A stretch of 64,000 nucleotides of DNA from Candidatus Omnitrophota bacterium (GTDB taxonomy: Bacteria > Omnitrophota > Gorgyraeia > 2-01-FULL-45-10), in the NCBI GenBank assembly GCA_028699255.1, contig JAQVUX010000003.1:18654-82653 (forward strand), read 5' to 3'. Below, piece after piece: positions 50,175 to 58,913 of the stretch. A program made the translations under genes and the position numbers. Within the stretch, counting starts at the first letter, position 1. Every line of letters begins with the position of its first letter. Under the pieces are notes generated by a model. The model ran no database searches. It worked only from the letters and a program-made list of their open reading frames with translations, and was not told the DNA's origin.

Positions 50175-50548
50175 TATCTTCGGCAATACACGGCATAGGT
50201 GTTGATATAGAGGAGGTTCGCAGGTTCAAAACCATTAAAAGTAACTCGAGGTTTGCCCGGCGCGTATATACAAAGAACGAGCTTAGTTATTGTAATGCGT
50301 TTTCCGAGCCCGGGCCTCATCTCGCGGTACGGTTTGCCGCCAAAGAAGCCGTTTTGAAAGCCTTGGGCTCAGCGCGTAAAAATACAGGATTTAGCGATAT
50401 AGAAATACTTAACAGGAAAAACAGCGGAGAGCCGGTTGTGAACATTGCTAAAAACGGTATTAATAAAAAGTTTTCGTTTTTTATCAGCCTTTCACACTCG
50501 CAAACCAAGGCCGTAGCATTTTCGGTCATAACCAGGATAGCGCGATAG
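50171..50548 (+). CDS. acpS: Holo-[acyl-carrier-protein] synthase (4'-phosphopantetheinyl transferase, AcpS type)
   Basis: IHGIGVDIEEVRRFK Mg-binding start, 125 aa AcpS length, conserved FAAKEAVLKALG block. Confidence 0.7.
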   Translation: MISSAIHGIGVDIEEVRRFKTIKSNSRFARRVYTKNELSYCNAFSEPGPHLAVRFAAKEAVLKALGSARKNTGFSDIEILNRKNSGEPVVNIAKNGINKKFSFFISLSHSQTKAVAFSVITRIAR

Positions 50549-50556
50549 GGGTAATT

Positions 50557-52341
50557 ATGGAGAACGCGGTAGCTTATTATCACTCGGAAGACAGGAAGGT
50601 CGATAGGAAGAACAGGGTATTCCCAGTTTTTTCGCCGGATCCTAAGGTAGTAAGGGTTGCCATATTGGGAAGTTCCACATTAAAAGGCGTCAAAGAAGCG
50701 CTGAATGTAAAATGCAGTCAGGCAGGGCTCGTTATGAAATCTTATGTCGGGGAATATGCGCAGTATAATCAGGAGATCCTTGATAAAGGGAGCGGATTGT
50801 ATAAATTCAAACCGCACCTGACGATAATGATGATCGATATAATCGATCTTCTGGGGGAGAATTATTATTTTCCTTACAGGTTATCCGAACGCGGCCGCAA
50901 ATCTCTGGTCGAAGCCAAGCGGAAGGAGTTGTTATCTCTGGCAAAAGCTTTCGCCAAAGACTGCGACGGGGTACTTCTCATCAATAATTTCAGTGTACCG
51001 ACCTATTCTCCGATGGGGATACTGGAGCCCAAGCAAAAATTCGGTTTCTTCGAAATGATCCGTGCTCTTAACAGGGCGTTGGAAGAGGCCTCAAGGATGA
51101 ACCCTCAGTTGCATATATTTGATTATGATGCCTTTTTAAGCAAATCCGGAAAGATGGAGTGCTCCGATGATAAGATGCGGTATATAGCGGATATGAAGAT
51201 AAGTCAGAGCTATGTACCCGCTCTTTGTGATGAATATATGCGATACGTGAAAGCCATTAAGGCTAAAATGCGAAAATGCATAGTCCTCGACCTCGACAAT
51301 ACGCTGTGGGGTGGTATCGTAGGCGAGGATGATTTTGCAAGTTTAAGACTCGGCCCGACCGCGCCCGGCAACGCGTTCGTTGAGTTCCAGAAATATATCC
51401 TAAACCTTTTCGAGCGGGGCATCATCCTTGCCATAAACAGCAATAACAACGAAAAGGACTCGCTCGCGGTCATCAGAAAACATCCTCACATGATACTACG
51501 GGAAAAACATTTTGCCGCGATACGGATCAACTGGGAAAACAAAGTGCGAAACCTGGTGGATATAGCTAAAGAGATAAATATCGGCCTCGACAGTATTATA
51601 TATATAGACGACGATAAGGCAAATCGCCAGCTCGTCAGGGAGATGGCGCCGGAAGTGCTTACGCTGGAGATGCCGCCCGACGCCGCATTGTATGTGCGGA
51701 CGATCAGGGAATGTAAAGATCTCGATACTCTCCATATTACCGAAGAAGACATGAAGCGGGGCGCTATGTATGCCGAGGAGAAAAAACGGAAAGACTCGTT
51801 TAAATCTTTCGGCGATATAGGAGATTTTCTCGCTCATCTCAATATAGAGGTCAGGATCGAACGCTCCGGGTCGTTCTCTATTCCGAGGATATCGCAACTT
51901 ACGCAGAGAACCAATCAGTTCAATTTTACCACACGGCGCTTTTCGGATACGGATGTCCGCTCTCTGACAAGCGATAAGGCCGCCGAGATCTATTCGATCA
52001 GCGTAAAGGACAGGTTCGGGGATAGCGGTATATCAGGGATGGTTTCTTTTAAAGCGTCAAAGGATGCTATCATGGTCGAGGATCTTTTGCTGAGTTGCAG
52101 AGTGCTCGGCAAAGGTGTCGAAGAATCCGTGCTGGCTTTTCTCGTGGAGACGGCCCGCAAGTCGGATCTTAATCATATCATATGCAGATATATTCCGACG
52201 GCGAAAAATTCCATGGTACAAAAATTCCTAAAATCATCCGGTTTCGCGCGGGTAAAAATGCCCGGCAACGGCGAAACTTGGCGCTTTATGGTGAAGCGGG
52301 GATTTAAAAGACCGGGGCACATAAAGGTGGTTACAAAATGA
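50557..52341 (+). CDS. FkbH-like protein (HAD-superfamily IIIC phosphatase domain with C-terminal GNAT-like domain), predicted glyceryl-ACP loading enzyme
   Basis: HAD motif I CIVLDLDNTLWGG, HAD motif IV IIYIDDD, 594 aa FkbH-like architecture, directly upstream of ACP. Confidence 0.65.
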   Translation: MENAVAYYHSEDRKVDRKNRVFPVFSPDPKVVRVAILGSSTLKGVKEALNVKCSQAGLVMKSYVGEYAQYNQEILDKGSGLYKFKPHLTIMMIDIIDLLGENYYFPYRLSERGRKSLVEAKRKELLSLAKAFAKDCDGVLLINNFSVPTYSPMGILEPKQKFGFFEMIRALNRALEEASRMNPQLHIFDYDAFLSKSGKMECSDDKMRYIADMKISQSYVPALCDEYMRYVKAIKAKMRKCIVLDLDNTLWGGIVGEDDFASLRLGPTAPGNAFVEFQKYILNLFERGIILAINSNNNEKDSLAVIRKHPHMILREKHFAAIRINWENKVRNLVDIAKEINIGLDSIIYIDDDKANRQLVREMAPEVLTLEMPPDAALYVRTIRECKDLDTLHITEEDMKRGAMYAEEKKRKDSFKSFGDIGDFLAHLNIEVRIERSGSFSIPRISQLTQRTNQFNFTTRRFSDTDVRSLTSDKAAEIYSISVKDRFGDSGISGMVSFKASKDAIMVEDLLLSCRVLGKGVEESVLAFLVETARKSDLNHIICRYIPTAKNSMVQKFLKSSGFARVKMPGNGETWRFMVKRGFKRPGHIKVVTK

Positions 52342-52577
52342 AAACACTGAAAAAAATATTATCCGAAGTTCTGGGCGTGAGCCCCAACAAGATAAATGAT
52401 AATACCTCTCCCAAGAATGTGAAAAAGTGGGATTCCTTCCATGGCCTCTTACTGGTTACCGAGCTGGAAAATAGTTATAAGGTTAAGTTTAGCATGGACG
52501 ATGTTATATCCGTCAGGAATGTGGGAGACATAAAGAAGGCTTTAAAAAAATACGGGGTGAAGATTGAAGAAGCATAA
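52338..52577 (+). CDS. Acyl carrier protein
   Basis: 79 aa, phosphopantetheine-site motif KKWDSFHGLLLVTELE (DSx), acidic helix II. Confidence 0.7.
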   Translation: MKTLKKILSEVLGVSPNKINDNTSPKNVKKWDSFHGLLLVTELENSYKVKFSMDDVISVRNVGDIKKALKKYGVKIEEA

Positions 52578-52998
52578 AACGAGCGCCGGGCTGGAATATA
52601 AGGATATAAAGATCGGCAGTAGATATTCGTTCAGCAGGAGTATATCACAAATGGATGTGGAAAACTTCGCCGCGCTTTCCGGTGATTTCAATCCTCTGCA
52701 TCTGGACGAGAAATACGCCGGCTCCACGATGTTCGGAGGGACGATCGTCCATGGCATGCTCGCGGCCTCGTTTTTCTCGACTCTGATAGGAATGCTCTGC
52801 CCCGGCAGAAACGCCGTTATATTACAGCAGGAGATAAGGTATTTAAGCCCTGTGAGGCCGGGCCGTATTGTCAAGGCAACCGGCAAAGTTATACGAAAAG
52901 TCGACGCTCTGAAAATAATCGTTATGGAACATGCCGTAAAATCTAAGAGCGGCAAGGTTCTTATAGAAGGTGTTTCGAATATAAAAGTTATGAGGTGA
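52564..52998 (+). CDS. MaoC-like (R)-specific hydratase/dehydratase, hot-dog fold
   Basis: FAALSGDFNPLHLDEKYA hydratase motif. Confidence 0.75.
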   Translation: MKKHKTSAGLEYKDIKIGSRYSFSRSISQMDVENFAALSGDFNPLHLDEKYAGSTMFGGTIVHGMLAASFFSTLIGMLCPGRNAVILQQEIRYLSPVRPGRIVKATGKVIRKVDALKIIVMEHAVKSKSGKVLIEGVSNIKVMR

Positions 52999-53001
52999 AA
53001 G

Positions 53002-53751
53002 ATGCTGAGCGGAAAAGTAATTTTAATTACAGGTTCCAGCAGGGGGATAGGTTCCGAAACGGCGCGTCTTGCGGCAGGCCGCGGCGCGTCCGTCGTAATA
53101 AATTATAACAAAGACCGCTCCGGCGCTGAAAGTACGGCGGCGGCCATAAAGAAAGCCGGTAAAGGGCGCGCGGTGGTTGTAAAAGCCGATGTTTCACGGG
53201 AAGACGAGGCCGGTAAATTGATTGACCTGATCGTGAAAAAATTCGGGAAGATAGATGTGCTGATAAATAATGCCAGCGCGCCTATAGAGTACACGCCGCT
53301 TTCGGATATAAAATGGAAGTCGTTCCAGAAACATTATGAGGTGACGCTCCGGGGGGCTTTAAATATGGTGAAGCGCGTAGTCCCATTCATGTCCGCCCGC
53401 GGCCGCGGCAAAATCATAAATATACTTTCTTCCGTTACCGTGGGTGTGCCGCCGTCAAAATTCGCCGATTACATATCGGCCAAATACGCGCTTCTGGGGT
53501 TTTCCCGCGCGCTTGCCGTGGAGCTCGGCTCGTCGGGCATTACGGTAAACTGTATCTCGCCGGGCATGACAAATACTGCGATGACAGAAAAACTACCGGC
53601 GAAGATGAAAGAGATAGTTTCCTATACAACGCCGCTAAAAAGGCTGGCCGAGCCGGTCGACATAGCTCGTGTCGCGGCTTTTTTGTGCTCCAGCGATTCA
53701 GATTATATAACCGGAGTTAATATACCGGTGTGCGGTGGCAGTGTGATGTGA
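53002..53751 (+). CDS. fabG: 3-oxoacyl-ACP reductase-like short-chain dehydrogenase
   Basis: TGSSRGIGSETARLAA cofactor motif, NNAS, catalytic YISAKYALLGF (YxxxK). Confidence 0.8.
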   Translation: MLSGKVILITGSSRGIGSETARLAAGRGASVVINYNKDRSGAESTAAAIKKAGKGRAVVVKADVSREDEAGKLIDLIVKKFGKIDVLINNASAPIEYTPLSDIKWKSFQKHYEVTLRGALNMVKRVVPFMSARGRGKIINILSSVTVGVPPSKFADYISAKYALLGFSRALAVELGSSGITVNCISPGMTNTAMTEKLPAKMKEIVSYTTPLKRLAEPVDIARVAAFLCSSDSDYITGVNIPVCGGSVM

Positions 53752-53761
53752 GGTTTATATA

Positions 53762-54568
53762 GTGAACAGGCGAACGATCAAAAAAAGTATATCAGATATA
53801 GTGCTTTTTGCCGGAGCTTTCTCTGGAAATAATCCTCAGAAAGACGGGCTCCGCGTGCTGAATTATCATTCGATAACCGCTTTGCCGGTTTCGGCCGATC
53901 ATTATCAGATGACTACCCCGAGAGAGCTTTTTGACGGCCAGATGCGCTTCCTTAAAGAGAGTGGCTATAAAGTATTGACATGCGAGGAGGCGTTTTCCGC
54001 AGTCGGTAAAAGCGCGTCTTTGCCGTCCCGGAAGGTCTGTATAACTTTTGATGACGGTTTTAAGGACAATCTGGTTAACGCACTTCCGGTGTTGCGCAAG
54101 TACGGCTTTAAAGCGACGATATTTTTGACGATCGATTTTATCGGCAAGGACGATTCGTACCTTGGCTGGAAAGATATCGACGAACTCGCCATGACGGGGC
54201 TATTTTCTTTTGGCTCGCATACTATGAGTCACAGGAAGCTGTCTTTGCTTGGCGATGATGAGATTATCAAAGAGATCGGAGACTCAAAGAAGATCCTGGA
54301 AGACAGAACCAAAACCCCCGTCGATATATTCGCTTATCCGTTCGGATGTTACGGTTCGTTCGATGACAGATCCATAACAGCGGTCAGGGATAGCGGTTAT
54401 AAGGCGGCGGTGACAACCATAGCCGGGCTTAATTCCTCCGGCGACGATCCGTATCTTGTTAAAAGGATGCGCATATCATGGCAGGACGATACGCGGGAGT
54501 TTTCTAAACAGCTTTGCGGCGCATACGATTGGTACAGATTATGGCAGAGAATAACGACATTACGCTAA
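53762..54568 (+). CDS. Polysaccharide deacetylase (NodB/CE4 family)
   Basis: NodB motif 1 ITFDDGFKDN, motif 2 HTMSHRKL, motif 3-like AYPFG. Confidence 0.8.
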   Translation: MNRRTIKKSISDIVLFAGAFSGNNPQKDGLRVLNYHSITALPVSADHYQMTTPRELFDGQMRFLKESGYKVLTCEEAFSAVGKSASLPSRKVCITFDDGFKDNLVNALPVLRKYGFKATIFLTIDFIGKDDSYLGWKDIDELAMTGLFSFGSHTMSHRKLSLLGDDEIIKEIGDSKKILEDRTKTPVDIFAYPFGCYGSFDDRSITAVRDSGYKAAVTTIAGLNSSGDDPYLVKRMRISWQDDTREFSKQLCGAYDWYRLWQRITTLR

Positions 54569-55641
54569 AAATGGCCGCAGATGCACAGGCGAGGGCATCG
54601 GCCGATGTTTCATTCGGCCGCCTGTCCATGAAGGATGACGAGGAATATACAAAATTTCTTGTTACGGCGCATAAGGGGAGATTTAACGGTTATCTTTTTA
54701 AAGATCCCGGAATGGCCCGCAGGTTGTGGCGCTGGGAATATCTGGACAATCCCGATGCGCGCGACGGAGGGCCGTATATATGGATATGCAGGATAAAAGG
54801 CGCCATCGCCGGCCAGGCTTGCGTCATGCCGGTAATGGTAAAAACGGGTGATAGCTATTTCAGGGGCGGATGGTTTCAGGATCTTATCATGCTTCCGGAA
54901 TTCAGAAATACCGGAATAGGCTATTTTCTCGTTAAGCATGTACTTGGTGAATTAACGGCGTCGCTGGATATAGCGATGGTATCCGGAACCAATGAAGAAT
55001 CTTACCCTCTTTTTAAAACGCTTGGGTTTACCGATATGGGGCATATCGGTCGAAATATATATGTAAATGCGCTGTCCGCGTTTTTTACCACTACCGCCTG
55101 CAAGAGCGCTCTAGAGATAAATGAGATTAAGGATATAGGCGAGAGTTTTAATGAATTGTGGCGCGAACTTTCCGGGCGTTTTACCTGCGCCGTCGAAAGA
55201 GATAGCGAAAGAGTGAAGTGGAGGTTCGTCAATCAGCCATATTGGAGATATCGCATCTTTGCGGCGACACGCGGCGGATCTATGAGGGGTTATGTTGTGC
55301 TAAAGGAGAGCATCAAGCGTAAAGGCCCGCTGGGTTGTTTACGAGCTGGAACCATCTCAGATATATTTTTCGATCCTTCTGAAGAAGGAGTGGGTAGCGC
55401 GCTTATTGCCACGGCCGCACGTTATTTTAAAGGCAGGGCGGATATTATAAAATGCGATATCCTGAACGAAGGCGTAAAAACCGTGGTTATTAAGAATGGG
55501 TTTTTTAATACGGTTTCCAATAGCAGATTTCTTATGTATCCACTAAATAATATGGATGGAAGGGATGGGTTAGTAACTGTGGCAAAAGATCCTCGAACAT
55601 GGTTCCTTACCAATGGGGATTCAGATATGGATTTATCTTAA
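54514..55641 (+). CDS. GNAT-family acyltransferase, two-domain (alternative starts ATG 54541 / 54571)
   Basis: GNAT motif A LPEFRNTGIGYFLVKHVL; 375 aa suggests tandem GNAT-like folds. Confidence 0.5.
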   Translation: MRRIRLVQIMAENNDITLKMAADAQARASADVSFGRLSMKDDEEYTKFLVTAHKGRFNGYLFKDPGMARRLWRWEYLDNPDARDGGPYIWICRIKGAIAGQACVMPVMVKTGDSYFRGGWFQDLIMLPEFRNTGIGYFLVKHVLGELTASLDIAMVSGTNEESYPLFKTLGFTDMGHIGRNIYVNALSAFFTTTACKSALEINEIKDIGESFNELWRELSGRFTCAVERDSERVKWRFVNQPYWRYRIFAATRGGSMRGYVVLKESIKRKGPLGCLRAGTISDIFFDPSEEGVGSALIATAARYFKGRADIIKCDILNEGVKTVVIKNGFFNTVSNSRFLMYPLNNMDGRDGLVTVAKDPRTWFLTNGDSDMDLS

Positions 55642-55649
55642 TCGTAATA

Positions 55650-55678
55650 TTGACAATAAGTTAAAGATGTAGTATTAT
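55650..55678 (+). promoter_or_regulatory. Sigma70-type promoter TTGACA-17nt-TATTAT upstream of HTH regulator gene
   Basis: Consensus -35, 17-nt spacer, 5/6 -10; located in 70-nt intergenic gap. Confidence 0.55.
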
Positions 55679-55679
55679 G

Positions 55680-55695
55680 TTTAAAACGTTTTAAA
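55680..55695 (+). promoter_or_regulatory. Perfect 16-bp palindrome TTTAAAACGTTTTAAA between -10 and start codon: candidate operator
   Basis: Exact reverse-complement symmetry read from sequence, immediately downstream of -10 hexamer, upstream of winged-helix regulator gene. Confidence 0.5.
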
Positions 55696-55710
55696 CAATG
55701 AAAACTGGAG

Positions 55711-56211
55711 ATGGCCATGAATGAAAAATTAGAGTCAGCGCAACATAAATTTATAGAGAGTATAGGAAAGCTATGCGATAGCTTCGGATTCAACAAATTC
55801 ATCGCTCAACTTTATGCCCTTCTATATCTGAGTGACAGGCCTATGTCGCTCGATGAGCTCTCGGAAAAACTTTCGGCAAGTAAGGGCAATGTCAGCCTTA
55901 ATATAAGGGAACTTGAAAAATGGGGGGCTGTGAAGAATATTTGGGTGAAAGGCTCGAGAAAAGATTATTACGAAGCCGATACTGATATCAAAAAAGTCTT
56001 TTCCAACAAGATCAGGACGGCTGTCCAGAAGCGGATCGGCGAAATCTCCGGGATGGTTGGCGAATTCAACACGATAGTTGATTCGGCCAGTGCGGAGTTG
56101 ACTGAAGAAGAGAGGAAGATAGCGGCGCTTTACCGGGAGAGGATGAAGAAGATAGAGGATATGAAGAGTCTGGCATCAACGGCATTAAGTCTTATGGAGA
56201 AGATATTATAA
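55711..56211 (+). CDS. Winged-helix transcriptional regulator (MarR/GbsR/ArsR-like)
   Basis: HTH block LYALLYLSDRPMSLDELSEKLSASKGNVSLNIRELEKWGAV, 166 aa, C-terminal coiled-coil. Confidence 0.6.
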   Translation: MAMNEKLESAQHKFIESIGKLCDSFGFNKFIAQLYALLYLSDRPMSLDELSEKLSASKGNVSLNIRELEKWGAVKNIWVKGSRKDYYEADTDIKKVFSNKIRTAVQKRIGEISGMVGEFNTIVDSASAELTEEERKIAALYRERMKKIEDMKSLASTALSLMEKIL

Positions 56212-56227
56212 TAGGCGGGCATGCATT

Positions 56228-56914
56228 ATGAACAAGGCTATTTTAATACAGGCGCGTTTGTCGTCAAAAAGACTTCCCGGGAAAATGATGCTAAAGCTGG
56301 GCGGTATCCCGTTGGCCGAATTCGTATATCGGCGTTGTGAGATATCCAAAAAAGCCGGTATCATCGCCATTATAACTTCGACGGATAAAAGCGACGACGA
56401 ACTTTTTAAATACTGTGTTTCTAAAAAATTATGTGTTTACAGGGGCTCTCTGGACAACGTATTGGACAGGTATATATCCGCGGCTGAAGCCTATGCCTCG
56501 CATCTGGTATGCCGTGTATGCGGCGATTCGCCATTTGTGGATATTGAATTGGTCGACGCGATGTTCGATATGGTCGAAAAGGAGGGGGTTGATTATGCCG
56601 CCCCGGACAAAAAAAATTGCATGGCCGGGCTTGATTCGGAGGTAATAGCGACCGAAGCCTTAAAGAGAAGCGCCACCTCCGCAACTTCTAAAAACGATTT
56701 TGAGCACGTAACATCCAATATCAGGAATAATCCTGATAATTTCAATATCAGGTATATAAAAACGGAATTAAAACCCCGCGACCTGAATGCCATATCGGTA
56801 ACGGTCGATCATCAGAAAGACATGGATCTGTGCAATAAAGTGCTGAAGTCGATAGGGGATGGATATTCCTTCAGATCCGAAGATATTTTTAACGCTTTAA
56901 GAGAAAACAGGTAA
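56228..56914 (+). CDS. Acylneuraminate cytidylyltransferase-family enzyme (SpsF/PseF/NeuA-like CMP-sugar synthetase)
   Basis: N-terminus AILIQARLSSKRLPGKMMLKLGGIPL characteristic of CTP_transf_3 family. Confidence 0.7.
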   Translation: MNKAILIQARLSSKRLPGKMMLKLGGIPLAEFVYRRCEISKKAGIIAIITSTDKSDDELFKYCVSKKLCVYRGSLDNVLDRYISAAEAYASHLVCRVCGDSPFVDIELVDAMFDMVEKEGVDYAAPDKKNCMAGLDSEVIATEALKRSATSATSKNDFEHVTSNIRNNPDNFNIRYIKTELKPRDLNAISVTVDHQKDMDLCNKVLKSIGDGYSFRSEDIFNALRENR

Positions 56915-56917
56915 GCG

Positions 56918-57778
56918 ATGACAGATATCCCGAAATTCCCGAAAAGACTGGAGCTGGAGCTTGCCAGCAGTTGCAACCTGCGGTGTACGTATTGCCCGCG
57001 CCGTTACCTGGATAATCTGAACGGTTATATGGATTTTACCCTGTTCAAAAAGATAATAGACGAGGCAAGCGCGTATCCGGAGACCATAATAGTCCTGCAC
57101 AGGAGGGGGGAAAGCCTTCTTCATCCCAGATTTAACGACATAATAAATTATATCGCCGGAAAATTCAAAGAGATACAGCTCGCCACTAACGCTACGCTTC
57201 TGACCGAAGAAAAATTCGAGGCGATAGTAAAGGGGTTGAATTTTATCTCCTTCAGCCTCGATACGCCGGGCAATTATGACAAGACTCGTATCCCGGCGCG
57301 TTATGAAATCGTCGAGAGCAGGATATTGAAATTTTTGCAATTTAATAAAGGAAGGGTAAGAACCCAGGCTTCCATGGTCAAAACAGAAAAAACGAAAGAA
57401 ACGGATGTCGCGATATTCAAGGATGTCTGGCGCGCGCGTGTTGACAGGGTCCGCATATACGAGGAGCATTCAGTTGGCGGTGTTTTCGGCGCTATGAATA
57501 ATCCCAGGCGGGAAAGGAAAACCTGCGTTATGCCTTTCTACGAACTGCTGATCTATGACAGCGGTCGGGCCGGCAGGTGCAACCACGACTGGGATGGGGA
57601 ACCGATGGGGGATGTAAATGCCAATACGATCTCGGAAATATGGCACAGCCAACGGTATTCGAGCCTGAGAAAAGAACAGCGGGAGCTTAAGTTCAGCGAT
57701 GCGGTATGTAAAGATTGCGACTGTTGGTACGCGGAGATCGGCAAACAAGGGACGGGCGATGTTATCGAAAAATCTTAG
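56918..57778 (+). CDS. Radical SAM enzyme with SPASM/twitch-like C-terminal Cys cluster
   Basis: LASSCNLRCTYCP (CxxxCxxC); C-terminal CVMPF...CNHDWDG...CKDCDCW. Confidence 0.65.
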   Translation: MTDIPKFPKRLELELASSCNLRCTYCPRRYLDNLNGYMDFTLFKKIIDEASAYPETIIVLHRRGESLLHPRFNDIINYIAGKFKEIQLATNATLLTEEKFEAIVKGLNFISFSLDTPGNYDKTRIPARYEIVESRILKFLQFNKGRVRTQASMVKTEKTKETDVAIFKDVWRARVDRVRIYEEHSVGGVFGAMNNPRRERKTCVMPFYELLIYDSGRAGRCNHDWDGEPMGDVNANTISEIWHSQRYSSLRKEQRELKFSDAVCKDCDCWYAEIGKQGTGDVIEKS

Positions 57779-58913
57779 AAAAGACTTCCTACCTTTATCA
57801 AGGCCGTGCGTTGCGGACGACGAGATATCCGCCGCTTTGGCTGTGGTAAAGTCCGGTTGGTGGACGACGGGCGCGAACGTGGCGAGATTTGAGAGCGAAA
57901 TGTCCGCGTATCTTAAGGAAGACGTCGATGTATTTACGGCGGCGCTTTCATCATGCACGGCAGGGTTGCATCTGGCGCTTCTGGCTCTCGGTATAGGAGC
58001 AGGTGACGAGGTAATAGTGCCGACAATGACATTCGCGGCGACGGCGCAGGTTGTTGGTTGGGTCGGCGCAAAATTAGTGCTGTGCGACATAAACGAAGAC
58101 ACACTGAATATAGATACGGAAAAGGCGGAGAAGCTTATCACCGCCAGAACGAAGGCCATAATCCCGGTCCATATGGGCGGATATCCGTGCGATATGGCGG
58201 AGATAAGCAGGATAGCTAAAAAGTACAAATTGAAAGTGATAGAGGATGCCGCTCACGCGATCGGTACCAGGTACAACGGCAGAAAGATAGGTAACTTTTC
58301 GGATATTACGGTATTCAGTTTCTATGTGACGAAAAATCTGGCGATGGGCGAAGGCGGCATGGCCGTTTCCAGGGATAAGGCGCTTATCGACAAGATAAAG
58401 AGATTGAGCTATTTTGGAATAAATAAAGAGGCCTTTAAGCGCTACGAAAAATCCGGCAGTTGGTTTTATGATATAGAGGAGATGGGCTACAAGTATAATC
58501 TCGACGATCTTCATGGCGCCATAGGCCTGGCGCAGTTGCGCAAATTGGACGCGATGAATGACAGGCGCAGGGAGATCGCGGGTATTTACAGGCGCAAGCT
58601 TATTGCCCCCATCCGGTTTACTAAAGATTCGGACGAGCATTTCCATATTTATTATATATTTCAGATAAAAGTGCCGGGCAGGGATGCATTAATAAATAAG
58701 CTGAAAGAACGCAATATCGGCACAAGTGTGCATTTTATTCCTCTGCACATGCATAGTTTTTACAGATCCCGGTTCCCGGGAGAGAATTTTCCCGTCGCGA
58801 ATAAAGTATTTTCGGAAATATTATCTATTCCCATGTTCCCTTCTATGAATGAAGACGACGTGGGCTATGTCATTACCAATCTAAACGATCTTTTGAGGAG
58901 GCAGGATGGATAA
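57759..58913 (+). CDS. DegT/DnrJ/EryC1-family PLP-dependent sugar aminotransferase (PseC/LegC-like)
   Basis: LPLSRPCVADDEISAALAVVKSGWWTTG family N-terminus; ATG 57759 preferred over ORF-track 57699. Confidence 0.8.
   Translation: MLSKNLRKDFLPLSRPCVADDEISAALAVVKSGWWTTGANVARFESEMSAYLKEDVDVFTAALSSCTAGLHLALLALGIGAGDEVIVPTMTFAATAQVVGWVGAKLVLCDINEDTLNIDTEKAEKLITARTKAIIPVHMGGYPCDMAEISRIAKKYKLKVIEDAAHAIGTRYNGRKIGNFSDITVFSFYVTKNLAMGEGGMAVSRDKALIDKIKRLSYFGINKEAFKRYEKSGSWFYDIEEMGYKYNLDDLHGAIGLAQLRKLDAMNDRRREIAGIYRRKLIAPIRFTKDSDEHFHIYYIFQIKVPGRDALINKLKERNIGTSVHFIPLHMHSFYRSRFPGENFPVANKVFSEILSIPMFPSMNEDDVGYVITNLNDLLRRQDG

Noticed and set aside
56897-58228. Minus-strand ORFs 56897..57469 (190 aa) and 57470..58228 (252 aa)
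   Set aside because: They are antisense to the radical SAM/SPASM and DegT genes, which carry diagnostic motifs. There is no start/RBS context and no domain signal.
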